A DNA stretch of 64,000 nt from Mobula birostris (lineage: Eukaryota). Made by a program: the position numbers and the translations under genes. Location of the stretch: the NCBI RefSeq assembly GCF_030028105.1, contig NC_092377.1, positions 89,186,569 through 89,250,568 on the forward strand, written 5' to 3'. The notes beneath the pieces are model-generated. The model worked only from the letters and a program-made list of their open reading frames with translations. It did no database searches and was not told the origin of the DNA. Shown piece by piece: positions 25,317 to 37,083 of the stretch (position 1 is its first letter; every line of letters starts with the position of its first letter).

Positions 25317-25967
25317 TTAGAAAGTTTCACATGCAGCATAAACACCAAAGTGGACTGTGATGTGCTGCAGCATTATGTAACCTCTTCATAAAATCACATA
25401 AATATGCTAAATTCAGCACGTTCATCTAAAAGGCAATGCAAACTAGAAGGTTATCCATGGGATCAAAAGAGAATTCTGTCCTCTGAGTCAGCACCAACTG
25501 TCTAAATAATTCCACTATAAAATTTCTCCAAATAAATTTCAAATTACTTTTTGAAAATTGCAATCAAATTTCCTACTTTCATTTTTTCAAACATCACCTG
25601 GCAGAACACAACAAGTTGCTGCTAAAAAAAAATTCTAATCTCCACCCCTAGCTTTCATGCAAATAATTTAAAATATTTTTCCTCCAGTTACTGATTTACC
25701 TTTCATCAGAAGCAACTCATCCCTTTATATAAAGCAAATAAAAGCTTCATAATTAAGTCTCCCTGTAGACTTCTCGGGAGTCTTCCCCTCCTTTCTCATC
25801 TTCACTCTTCTATAAGGATAATAATTGCAGCTCCTCTAATCTATCCACATGACTATAGTACCTCACCTGTACTATTATTCAGGCAAATTTCTGCTGCACT
25901 CTTTTCAAAATTACATCCGAAGTAACGAAAATGCTTTTCAACTCTACATTTGTGATTTTCAGCTCAC

Positions 25968-26073
25968 CTGTCCATGTTGTGCAAAAAATACATCTGTATG
26001 CCGATGCACTGTATCAACGGCCTTAGTCAGTATCTTTGGCAACCTATCTTTAATTGTTAAGTATGCAAAAGAC
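25968..26073 (-). CDS. ARMT1: ARMT1 coding exon 2
   Basis: Acceptor ttcttttcag|G and donor CAG|gtgagc; 106 nt. Encodes (G)SFAYLTIKDRLPKILTKAVDTVHRHTDVFFAQHGQ, matching the ARMT1 motif SFAYLTIKDRIPQILTKVIDT. Confidence 0.96.
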
Positions 26074-27021
26074 CTGAAAAGAAACGTATTGCATGTTAGC
26101 ATGATTTTTTTTTAATACAGCCGACACTTAGTACAAGGATATGATTTGCAGAGAGGGCATCCAGGAGGTTTAACATGCCTGGCAAATCATTCCAGAAACT
26201 GAAATATTACTTTACCAGCAAATCAGACGGCACTTTGCGATGATGAGATAGCCAAGCGATGGTAAATAGAAGGTGTGGAATCCATTAATATACTGTATCA
26301 TTATATCACCAACTAGAAGATCATGTTAATTACCCCAAAAGAAAGAAGAAAACTGATGAAGACAGCACAGTAAACATGGCTGACGTGAACTTCACTAAGG
26401 CTTTTGACAAGGTGCCACACGGTGACTAGTCCACAAGGTTAAGTCACAAGGAATCTGATGCATCTTGGCAGACTGTATCCAAAATTGGCCTGGTTATAGG
26501 AGGCAGAGTGTTGTGGTGGATAGGTATTCTGTTGCCTTTACAGTGCACTGTGTACAAAGCTAGGCAGGGAGCTTTGAACACCTTCTCAAAAATCACCCGA
26601 ACTCGAAGCTTTCTTCAGGGATTTTTAAGAGAAAATTTTGTGAAACTACATAAAGTTTAAGTAAAATGTGTATTAGATTCAATGCAGAATCATCGCGCAC
26701 CTGAATATACTAATATTATGGATTATTCTTACAATCAGCATTAAACAAGGTAATACACACATGCAATATTCTACAGCTATGCTGTAGACTAGGGTGAACT
26801 CATGGCACAATGATAACTTAATAACAATGAACGATGAACACAATACTTCCTTCAAAGCACATCTGCTAAATGTTTACCAACATTAAGAAAACTTAAGACT
26901 CAGATATTACGGTTTCAAGAGCAAATAAAGAGAGGATGGAGATGGATGTCTTTCTACTGTGGTTGCTCCAAGTCAAAACCCAAATTAACCCACACAGGAA
27001 ATGATGCAAAAAATAGCTTAT

Positions 27022-28093
27022 AATGGAAATGGGAAGTGAAATTAAAATGGGTGGGCACTGGGAGATCCCGCTTTTTCTGGCAGACGGAGCATAGGTGCTC
27101 GGTGAAGGGGTCTCCTAATCTAGGTCGGGTCTCAGTGATATACAAGAGGCCACACTGGGAGCACTGGACACGGTATATGACCCCAACAGATTCTCAAGTG
27201 AAGTGTCACCGCATTTGGAAGGACTGTTTAGGGCTCTGAATGGTAGTGAGGGAGGAAATGTATGGGCAGGTGTAGGACTTGTTCTGCTTGCAAGGATAAG
27301 TGCCAGGAGGGAGATCAGTAGGGAAGGACGAATGGACAAGGAAGTCACGTAGGGAGTGATCCCTGCGCAAAGCAGAAAGGGTGGGGGGTAGAGGGGAAGA
27401 TGTGCTCGGTGGTGGGATCCCATTGGAGATGCCGGAAGTTTCAGAGAATTATGAGGCTGGTGGGGTGATAGGTGAGGGCAAGAGGAACCCTATCCCTGGT
27501 AGGGTGGCGGGAGGATGGGGTTGGGGCAGACATGCGTGAAATGGAAGAGGTATGGTTGAGGGCAGCGCTGATGGTGGAGGAAGGGAAGTCCCTTTCTTTG
27601 AAAAAGGAGGACATCTCACTCATTCTAGAATGATAAGCCTCATCCTGAGAGCAGATGAGGCGGAGATGGAGGATTTGAGAGAAGGGGATGGCATTTTTAC
27701 AAGTAACAGGGTGGAAGAGGTATAGTCCAGGTAGCCATGAGAGTCCGTGGGTTTATAATAGACATCATTGGATAAGCTGTCTCCAGAGATACAGACAGTG
27801 AGATTGAGAAAAGGGAGGAAGATGTCAGAAATGGACCAGGTAAGTTTGAGGGTAGGGTGGAAGTTGGAGGCAAAGTGGATGAAGTCAATGAGTTCAGCAT
27901 GGGTGCAGGAAGCAGCACCAATGCAGTCACTGATGTAGCGTAGGGAAAGTGCGGAATAGTCACCAATGTAGGCTTGGAACATAGACCGTTCCACATAGCT
28001 GACAAACAGGCAGGCATAGCTGGAACCCATGTGAGTACTCATGACTACCACCTTTTGAATGAAGGAAGTGGGAGGAGCCAAAGGAGAAATTAT
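27022..28093 (-). mobile_element. Penelope-like RT + GIY-YIG fragment nested in the BEL/Pao element
   Basis: MSTHMGSSYACLFV, RYISDC, VYYKPTDSHGYLDYTSS, YITETRPRLGD peptides. Confidence 0.85.
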
Positions 28094-30199
28094 TCATTAA
28101 GTCTCTGGCAAAATGATAGTCTCAGAGACTGGTATTGAAAACAGTCTTACTACACAGTATTTAACCATCCTCACTTCAAAAATGTCATTGTTGATGACAT
28201 ACTTGCTTGTGGTAATGTCTGATGAGTAGATGGTAACATGGTGCTCATTCAGAATGACAATTGGCTGAGGTGCCTCTGAAGTGAATTGTGCCCTCTTTAA
28301 CATGTCCTCCAACTCACTATGGTCCCTCAGTCAAGAAAGGGACAGAGTTCACTAAGGTAACTTTAGATTGGGAGAGGTTCCTGCTTTGCACAACAAGAAA
28401 GATTCCAACCTTTCCCCGATTCAGTTGCTCTGTGCTGACAGGATGCTTACAATTGTGCCAACCACCGCAAAAGCTGCCTTTGGCTACTTCTACAATCTGC
28501 TCTTTCATATAGATACTACTCTCATGGGCCCTGAAATTATTTTGTCACCTATTCTCCAGGGCTTAAATGTGCTGACAGTGGGCTGATATGCACCATCAAG
28601 GCAGACTTCACCCACTATGACCCAACCCAGGTTCAGTCATTGGGCATAAGGTGTGTCATGCTGACCTTTGCCTTAGGGTGTCTCTGCCAAGCAAAAGGAG
28701 AATCCCTGCAGAAGAGTCAAGTGGGGGAATCTTGTCAGCTGTGGGCTTAAGATGTGAATGACTACGTGCAGCTTCAAGAGTTGGGATTTCATCCCTGTTG
28801 TTGGGAACATGGTCGCACTCAATGAGTGCTGACAAAGGTAAGCTGACCTCCCCTCCAATTGACTCCATGACAAATCCACTGGCTCTGCTTCTGGCAATTT
28901 CTGATGTTCCAGAACATGTCTTTAAAGCATATAAGAAAGTAGCTACATCATGCTGTGCTGTGGGTGTACTGGAACCAATAGTCCAAGGTGCTGGTCCTGA
29001 ATTTACAGCTGTATCTGGGTCTACTTCTGCACTATGTCTCCCTCTGTATTCTGCAACATACTGTTACTGCTTCTCCAGTTTCCCTTGCTATCCTCCCCAG
29101 ATTCTCCACCACTATTTGGATAACTGTCTTGTCCACATTTGGGCTGACTCTGCATCAGAGCTTCTCTGGCCAGTCTCAGCACCTCACTCTTACTATTGCC
29201 CAATGGTGATTTATCACCATAGCCTGGTACAACAAGTGAGGGCTGTGCAGTAGCTTCTGTTGAAAGGTTCAGCTCTTGTCTGCTCTTAAGTGGTGAACGC
29301 CCATGTGTTTCCAAGTTGGGTGATCTTGGGCACTTCTCACTTTCTACCTTAACTGAGGATTCATCTTTCTTTGGGTTTGAACCTAAACCAGAAGATGCAA
29401 GTTCAGGAGGAGGACTGGGGGAAAAAATTGGTGTGAAGCCTGACAGGAAGCTGGTTCTGATTCTGCTGCTGTGATTTCACCCTCTGTTGAACAAATATGT
29501 CATATAAGATGGTTCTTCAGTCACTTTCCTACAGAGAAGACCACCGTCTCAGTTGGCTGCTGCTTCACACATCTTTGCCTCTGTTACAGCAGCCTCAGCT
29601 TCATGCTCCTCTAGCATACACAATGTCGCTCATACTTGAGCTTTCCCCATGTCTGTGCGTGCTTTCTTCACGTTTATATGAGCTTTCTCCATGTCTGTAT
29701 GAGCTTTTTACATTAGCATTTCAGCTTCGCGCTTAGCGTATGCTGCTCCCATTCTTGCTTCTTCAACTCTAGTATGGGCTTGCGCTGCAGCTATGCTAAT
29801 CATGGTTTTGCTTCAGCATCACAAAGACGCGATCAATGCTCCACATTCTGACTTTCAGGGCTCAGCAATCGATGTGCCTGGGGTTGGAAGCTGACATCGT
29901 AGTATACTGCATTCAGACGCGTCTCCAGTTCGCAGACCATACCTTTGAAGATGAGTTATTGTTTCACTCTAACGCCCTTGCAGTGCACTGTGTACAAAAC
30001 TAGTCAGGGAGTTAAATGCTGTCTTAAAAATCACCCAAAATGGAAGTTTTCTTCAGGGTTTATAAATGAGAAAACTTTGTGAAACTGCAGAAAGTTACAT
30101 AAAACACATATTAAGATTGAATACAGAATCATCACACTTCTGAAGATACTAATATTATCAATTACTGTCACAATCAGCATTAAACACTGTAATATATAC

Positions 30200-30583
30200 G
30201 TGAGGGTAGCCGACGGGTCTCAAACCCTCGGTGTGATAGGGAGTTGTCTATCTCAGCATGTGAAGACAGACTCCGGCGAATTGAGCGGACGAGACCTATG
30301 GAAGGTCCAACGGTCAAGAAGGCGGTCTCTGCAAGCATCGTGGAACGTGTAGAGCAGGACAAGACACAGAAGACGTCCTGGTCATCCACTGCGCCTAGTC
30401 CCATCTCCAGCCGTCTAGACTCTGTCTTGCCACTGGATCCAGATGGGAATTGGGAAGAGAGAGTGAGGCTGACACTGCGCAACTCTCCCTCACTTAAATC
30501 CAAATCACGCGCTAGTCCTGACACCATCATAATGGTGTTGACGTCCTCATCGACGTCAACGATGGACGAACAACCAACCAACC
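30200..30583 (+). mobile_element. young non-LTR 3' end (probably RTE-clade 3'UTR or RTE-dependent SINE)
   Basis: Absent from the partner LTR; TSD ATATAC (30194-30199, 30584-30589); (AACC)n tail; terminal stem-loops; CpG-rich. Confidence 0.7.
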
Positions 30584-31560
30584 ATATACATGCAACATTC
30601 TATAGCTATACCATGGACTAGAGCGAACCCGTGACACAACTTAACAGTGATAAACGATAAACACAATACTTCCTTCAAAATACATCTGCTATATGTTTAC
30701 CAAGATTAAGAAAGCTTAAGACTCACAGATGTTGCTGTTTCAAGGACAAATAAGAAGTGGATGGAGATGGATGTCTTTCTACTGTGTTTGCTCCAAGTCA
30801 AAATCCAAATTAACCTGCGCAGAAAATGATGTAGAAAAACAGCTTACAAACAGGAAGTGATGTTAGTACAAAATGATGATGATGACAATGATGATGGTTG
30901 GTTTGTTGTTTGTGAAGATCAGGAGGAAAGAAGAGTCATCAGGAGCGACAGCAATATCGTTGGTGACCGTAGAAGCCAATTCTGGATCTGCAGACTCTGG
31001 AGCAGTAGAGTCACGGGAACAGCTGGAATGCCAGTGCTAGGGTAGTAGGATCCTTCATGTGTCTCCTCTTCTCTTCAGGAGTCACTCTTCTGGATTCCTC
31101 AAAGTTCTTGGCTGGTCCAAGCACACACAAAACGACGAACAGTGGCTCTAAAGGCAGAACAGTATTTTTCCAACTGGAAGTTTGTGTCAAATAGTATCCC
31201 ACAAGGACCGATGATGAGACCTTTGTTGATTATTATATATAAGACTCAGATGAGAATGTAGATGGTCTGATTAGTAACTTCATAAGACATGAAAATTAAT
31301 GGTATTATGGAGAGCAAAGAAGGATGCAGCAGGACACAGAGCAGTGGCACATAGAACTCAATCCAGGCAAGTGTGAGGTAATGCACTTTGTAAAGCATAG
31401 AATAAATGTTAAGGACACTTAATGTACAGGGAGACCTGGGGTGCAAGTCCAGAAAGTGCCAACACAGGTGTACAGATTTGGTATGCTTGCCTTCTAGACC
31501 AAGCCATTGAGTATAAGTATAATTTGCAGCTGGAGAAAATACTGGTTAGACCTCACTTAG

Positions 31561-33825
31561 ATTAGATTAGATTCAACTTTATTGTCATTGTGCCGAGTAC
31601 AGATACAAAGCCAATGAAATGCAGATAGCATCTGACCAGAAGTGCAAAAGAATACAGTCGACCTTCACTAATCCAACTACCAGTAATCCAGTTCCTTCCA
31701 TAATCCGGCACTGATTATGCTTAATGTGATCCTTCTATAATTCGGCATTTTCACTAATCCGGCATTCCTTAGGTCCCAATTGCTGGATTAGTGAAGGTCG
31801 ACCTGTAGTATTATTTACAAAATAACTGCGAATAAAAAGTGCTACAGCATACAAATATAAAAGTACTGAGACAGTCCAATATGGGTGTAATACTGCTTAG
31901 CACTGTGATGTGGGGTTCAGCAGGGTCACAGCCTCAGGGAAGAAGCTCTTCCTGCGCCTGCTGGTGTGGGAGCGGAGGCTCCTGTAGCGCCTACCGGATG
32001 GAAGGAGAGTAAAAAGTCCATGGTTAGGGTGAGATGCATCCTTGATAATGCTTTTCGCCCTGCCCAGGCAGCGTTTATGGTACATATTCTCAATGGTGGG
32101 CAATTGGGTGCCGATAATCTGCTGGGCAGTTTTCACCCCCTGCTGGAGTGCTTTGCAGTCCAATACGGGACAATTGCCATACCACACTGAGATGCAGTTG
32201 GTGAGTATGCTCTCAATGGTACAGCAGTAAAAGTCCGTCAGTATCCTGGGACAGAGGTGAGCTCTCTTGATGCTCTGCGAGAAATAAAGGCGCTATTGAG
32301 CCTTTTTGATCAGGATGGAGTTCAGGGACCAGGTGAGATCATCAGAAATATGGACACCAAGGAATTTGAAGCTTGATACATGCTCCATTGATGTAGATGG
32401 GGACATGAGTGTGGCTCCTAGCATGCCTGGAGTGGGTGTTAAGGGCCAGGTTGTTATCGGCACACCAGGTGGCGAGGTGCTGGACCTTGTCCCTGTAGGC
32501 CATCTCGTCATCCCCTCTGATCAGGCCAACCACCATGGTGTCCTCTGCGAACTTGATTATGGAGTTAGAACCGTGTACAGGAACACAGTCATAGGTGAAA
32601 AGGGAGTACAGAAGAGGGCTCAGCACACAGCCTGGAGGCACGCCGGTGTTCAGGGTGAGAGTGGAGGAGGAGAGGTTGTCTAAATTAACAGATTAGGATC
32701 TGTTAGTCAGAAAGTCCAAGGTCCAATTGCAGAGGGATGAGCTGATACCAAGCTGGCGAAGTTTGGCGATCAACTTGGAGGGGATCACAGTATTGAATGC
32801 TGAACTAAAGTCAATGAACAGCATTCTGATGTAAGAGTTGGGGCTGTCCAGGTGGGTCAGGGCAGAATGAAGTGCCGTGGAAATGGCGTCCTCTGTAGAC
32901 CTGTTGGTGTGATAGACAAATTGATGGGGGTCCAGGGTAGTGGGCAGACAGGATTTCAGATGCGATAGAACCAGTCTCTCAAAGCGCTTTGCAATGATGG
33001 GGGTGAGTGCAACTGGGCGGAAGTCGTTCAGGCCCGTGGCAGTGAAACGCTTCGGCACTGGCACTATGGTGGCAATCTTGAAGCTTGTGGGAACAACTGT
33101 CTGTGCCAGGGACAGATTGAAAATGTCCCTGAAGACCCTGGCCAACTGCCCTGCACAGACTCTGAGCACACGGCCAGGTATTCCATCTGGACCAGCTGCC
33201 TTCCGTATATTCACCCTGCTCAGGGTGGCGCAAACATCGGAGGTGGAAAGTGAGAGAGGCAGCTCACCAGGTGGGAGATCCGCTTTGAGGGTGACCTCCT
33301 TGTTCCCTCGGTCAAAGTGAACGTAGAAGTAATTGAGCTCATCAGGGAGGGAAGCAGAGCTGGAAGGGGGCACAGTACTAGGTGGTTTGAAGTCTGTAAT
33401 GACCTGTATACCATGCCACATGCGCCGGGGGTCCAAGGAGTTGAAATGCTCCTCGATTCTCTGTCTGTATGTGTGTTTAACCTGAGAGATTCCCCTCCTC
33501 AGGTTGGCCCTGGCTGAGCTGTAAGCCTCCCAGTCTCCAGACCTGAAGGCTGAATCTCTGGCTTTGAGGAGGAAATGAACCTCTCTGTTCATCCATGGTT
33601 TCTGATAGGGGAAAACTTTTATTTGTTTTTGTGATGTCACTCTATCTACACACTTGTTGATGTGCTCAAGGACAGAGTTGGTATATAAGTCAATGCTAAT
33701 CTGAGAGTCTGTGGTGGCATGGGCAGCAAACGCGCTCCAGTCTGTGTGCTGGAATTGGTACTGTAGAACAGAGTCAGCACCCTCCAGCCAGATCTTAATA
33801 GTCTTAAGAGCGTTACATACATTTC
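31561..33825 (-). mobile_element. Rex1/Babar LINE, 5'-truncated
   Basis: ORF 32693-33835 with KAAGPDGIPGRVL, NDFRPVALT, RMLFIDFSSAFNT; CVLSPLLYSLFT, IIKFAEDT; (ATTAG)n tail at 31557-31573. Confidence 0.9.
31655..31805. mobile_element. Tc1/mariner-pogo (Tigger-like) MITE, 151 bp
   Basis: TIRs CAGTCGACCTTCACTAATCCA / TGGATTAGTGAAGGTCGACCTG, TA on both sides, internal repeated TAATCCGGCA motifs. Confidence 0.85.
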
Positions 33826-35299
33826 TAGTCATCATACAACAAGAAGGATGTAACAGGAAGAGAGAGAGTGCATAAAAGATTCACCTGGAATGGAGGGCTG
33901 AGTCAAAAGGAGTGATTGGATGGGCCTGGTTTACTTCCATTGACTGAGGGTGACCAAAGAGGTCTATAAAATTATGAGGGGCATAGATAAGACAGGTAGT
34001 GAAGTGAACATTTCTCAGGATGGGGGAGTCTAGAACTAGGAGGTACAGGTTTAAGGTGAGAGGGGAAACCTTTAAATAAGATCTAAGAGGTATGTTTTTC
34101 AAACAGAGAGAAGTATTTATCTGGATCTAGTTGCCAAAGGAGGTGTTGAGGCAGAAACAATTGTAATGTTCAAAAGGCATTTGGATATGTATTTAGAGAG
34201 GAACAGCACAAAAGAAGATGGGTCTTATGCAGGCAAATGTGATTAGTATAGACGGGCATTGTTAAGGTGAGCCAAAACAACCTGTTTTTGTGCTGTACGA
34301 TTCTATGATTCAATTATCAAACTTTTATAAAAACAATCATGTTAAAAACAATAGGGTATAACCAATTGCAAATAGGAAGATGACAAGTCTCAAGTGACTT
34401 GATCTCTGTAACCCAGGGAAAGTAGCATATTTTCTAATGCTCTGCAAATTCAAAATTATTCTTAGATATCGTCCTAGGATTAGGGAATGATAGTCCGGAC
34501 TGAAAGCACCAAACAAAACTATAAATAATTTACTGAATAAAGATGGACAATGCTGACAGAAGTTCCAGATGAACAGAAGGATCTGCAAAATTTCCTTTCT
34601 AGGATCTAGAGCTTTGGCTTTGCTTTGGTAAGTTTTAATGTAAAAGCACAGTAATTGTTTAAAAACAGATTAACCATATGTACAAAACGTAGAAAGGTGT
34701 GTTAATGCGGGAAAGCAAATTATCACCAATAACTACACTAGGGCCTCAGGGAATATTGACGAGCACAATGATGCTGGTGCACTAATCCAAGGATCCCTGA
34801 AGGTGGCAGCACAGGTAGAAAAGGTGGTAGTGAAAGTATATATGGGATTCTCACCCTTCTTTAGCCAAAGCACACAATATAAAGCAGGGAGTTAAGGTAT
34901 GACTTTTCCAAACTTTGACTATAACTAGAGTATTGGTGCAGTTTTTGTGCTATGCTACAAGAAGGACATTATTGCACTGGAGAGGATGCAGAGGACTTTC
35001 TCTTCTGAAGAGCATTGATAAGGTGAAAAGCTCTTCCTCCCATAGCAGAGTGCTTAACATCAGAAAGCATAGCTTAACAGACATAGGAAATACAACAGAT
35101 GATGGAAAACAACACATGAAATGCTAGAGAAAAGGGGTTAGGAGATTTAGGGGATCAGAAGAATATTTTCTATTTAACCAGAGAGTGGTTAGAATCTGCA
35201 AAGCACAGCTGAGACAGCAGTGGATACAAAGTTTCTCAAAACATTTGAGTACAATCATTGAATCAGTATAATGTCTACGGAGCAAGCGGTGGTAAATAG

Positions 35300-36430
35300 G
35301 ATTGGCATACATCAGGATGCTCTTCGTCGATTGCAGCTCAGCGTTCAACACCATCATCCCCCCAGAACTAATCAGTAAACTCCAAGACCTGGGCCTCAAT
35401 ACACCCTTGTGCAATTGGATTCTGGATTTTCTCACTTGTAGACCTCAGTCAGTTCAGATTGGCAAAAACATCTCCTCCACAATCTCCATCAGCACAAGAG
35501 CACCGCAGGGATGTGTACTTAGCCTCCCACTATACTCGCTTTACACCTTGACTGTGTGGCTAAGTACAGCTCCAACCCCATATACAAGTTTGCTAATAAC
35601 ACCACAGTTGTGGGCTGTATTAAAGGTGGTGATGAATCAGCGTACAGGAGGGAGAGTGAAAACTTGGCTGAGTGGTGTAACAACAACAACCTCTCACTTA
35701 TGTCAATAAGACCAAGGAATGATTGTAGACTTCAGGAGAGGGTAACCAAAGGTCCATGAGCCAGTAATTATCAGCCGATCAGAGCTGAACTTTAAATTCC
35801 TGGGTGTCACTATCTCAGAAGACCTGTCCTGGACCCATCATATAAATATAATTGCAAAGAAAGCACGACAACGCCTCCACTTCCTCAGGAGTCTGCAAAG
35901 ATTAGGCATGTCATCACAAACCTTGGCAAACTGCAATAAAAATGTTCTGGTTGGCTGCATTATGGCCTCGTATGGGAACACCAATGCCTTTGAGCAGAAA
36001 ATCCTAAAAATGGTAGTGGATTCAGCCCAGTACATTACGGGTAAAACCCTCCCAACCACTGAGCACATCTACATGAAACATTGCTGTAGGAAAGCAGCAT
36101 CCATCATCAAAGACCCTCACCACACAGGCAATGCTCTGTTCTTGATGCTGACATCAGGTAGAAGGTACAAGTGCCTCAGGACTCGCACCATCAGGCTCTA
36201 GATCAGTTACTACCCCTCACCATCAGACACTTGAACTAAAGGGGATAACTACACTCATTTAAGGACTCTCTTATCTTGTTGTTTCATGCTTGTTATTTAT
36301 TACTATTTATTTATATCTGCATTTTTGGAGTTTGTTGTCCATTGATCCTGTTTACAGTTACTATTCTATAGATTCGTTAAGTATGCCCACAGAAAAAGAA
36401 TCTGATAATAAATTTCACTTTGAACTTTGT
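35300..36430 (+). mobile_element. Rex1/Babar LINE 3' fragment
   Basis: [36 protein letters not shown]; (CTTTGAA)n tail; inserted in a CR1 fragment (~34690-35300). Confidence 0.85.
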
Positions 36431-36779
36431 GTAAGTCAGTTCCTTAATGGTTGGCATGGACATGCTGGGCCATGTGTTTCTCTGTTGTATTACAATACAA
36501 CGTAAGTTGTATAAAGTAAATTTTCTTTGGAAGTGTGCGGTAATATGCTTTTATTTAATCTAGGAAGACAATACCCCGGCGGTGAAGAGGGAAAAAGGCG
36601 TAATCGGTAACGTCTTTACCATTTGTATTGAATACAACCTACTGCTGCACTGCCCTTTGCAGGCAGATTAAACAGTGCGCATGCTCACTATAACGCGGCT
36701 GGCTCACCGCAGCCTTCTGTACCCAAGAAAAGCGGGCTGCATGCGCGGAAAGCCTGCAAGCATGCCCTTTACTACACAC

Positions 36780-36898
36780 CCAGTGTACTTTCCCGAAAGT
36801 GAGTCCGGTACCTCCGACCGAACCTCCTCCTCTTCTTCCTCCTCCGCCTCCTCTTTTTCCACTGAGGCCGGTCCCCTCGTCTGCCGCTGCTCAGCCAT
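36780..36898 (-). CDS. ARMT1: ARMT1 (damage-control phosphatase, DUF89 family) coding exon 1
   Basis: ATG at 36898 in a good context (AACAAGATGG). Encodes MAEQRQTRGPASVEKEEAEEEEEEEVRSEVPDSLSGKYTG; VPDSLSG matches vertebrate ARMT1 VPASLSG. Donor GG|GTGTGT, phase 2, 119 nt, inside a CpG island. Confidence 0.88.
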
Positions 36899-36959
36899 CT
36901 TGTTCTCCGCGGGCAGGAGGGGGTGGGCGAACCCAGGAACCGGAAGTTACGTCGTCGGC

Positions 36960-37083
36960 CGCCGTCATTGGAAAGGGAGGCGAGCGGTTTGCCCCGGCAG
37001 TCGAAGTGTAGCGGCTGGTGGGACTGCGTGCGTTGTAAGGGGTGGACGACGATGGGGTCTGTGGAGCCAGACTGCTGCTAAAG
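36960..37083 (+). other. candidate non-coding first exon of the divergent gene (RMND1 expected by synteny)
   Basis: Donor AAG|GTGCGT at 37083/37084 at the far edge of the CpG island. ARMT1 is head-to-head with RMND1 in human. The 5' boundary is a guess, and no RMND1 coding sequence was recognised downstream in the window. Confidence 0.4.

Larger units (their letters stand above)
26530..31161 (-). mobile_element. degenerate BEL/Pao LTR retrotransposon in ARMT1 intron 1
   Basis: Direct repeats 26530-~27020 and ~29970-30850 (right LTR running to 31161). Termini TGTTGCCTTTA / TAAAGGCAGAACA; near-TSD GTATTC/GTATTT; Pao-type peptide LIECDHVPNNRDEIPTLEAARSHSHLK...ILLLLGRD. Interrupts a CR1 that resumes at 31168. 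Confidence 0.75.
31168..34310 (+). mobile_element. CR1 LINE fragment split by a Rex1 insertion (CR1 pieces 31168-31560 and ~33840-34310)
   Basis: NPGKCEVMHF, LVRPHL and later EVYKIMRGID peptides; 3' tail near 34290-34310. Confidence 0.65.
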
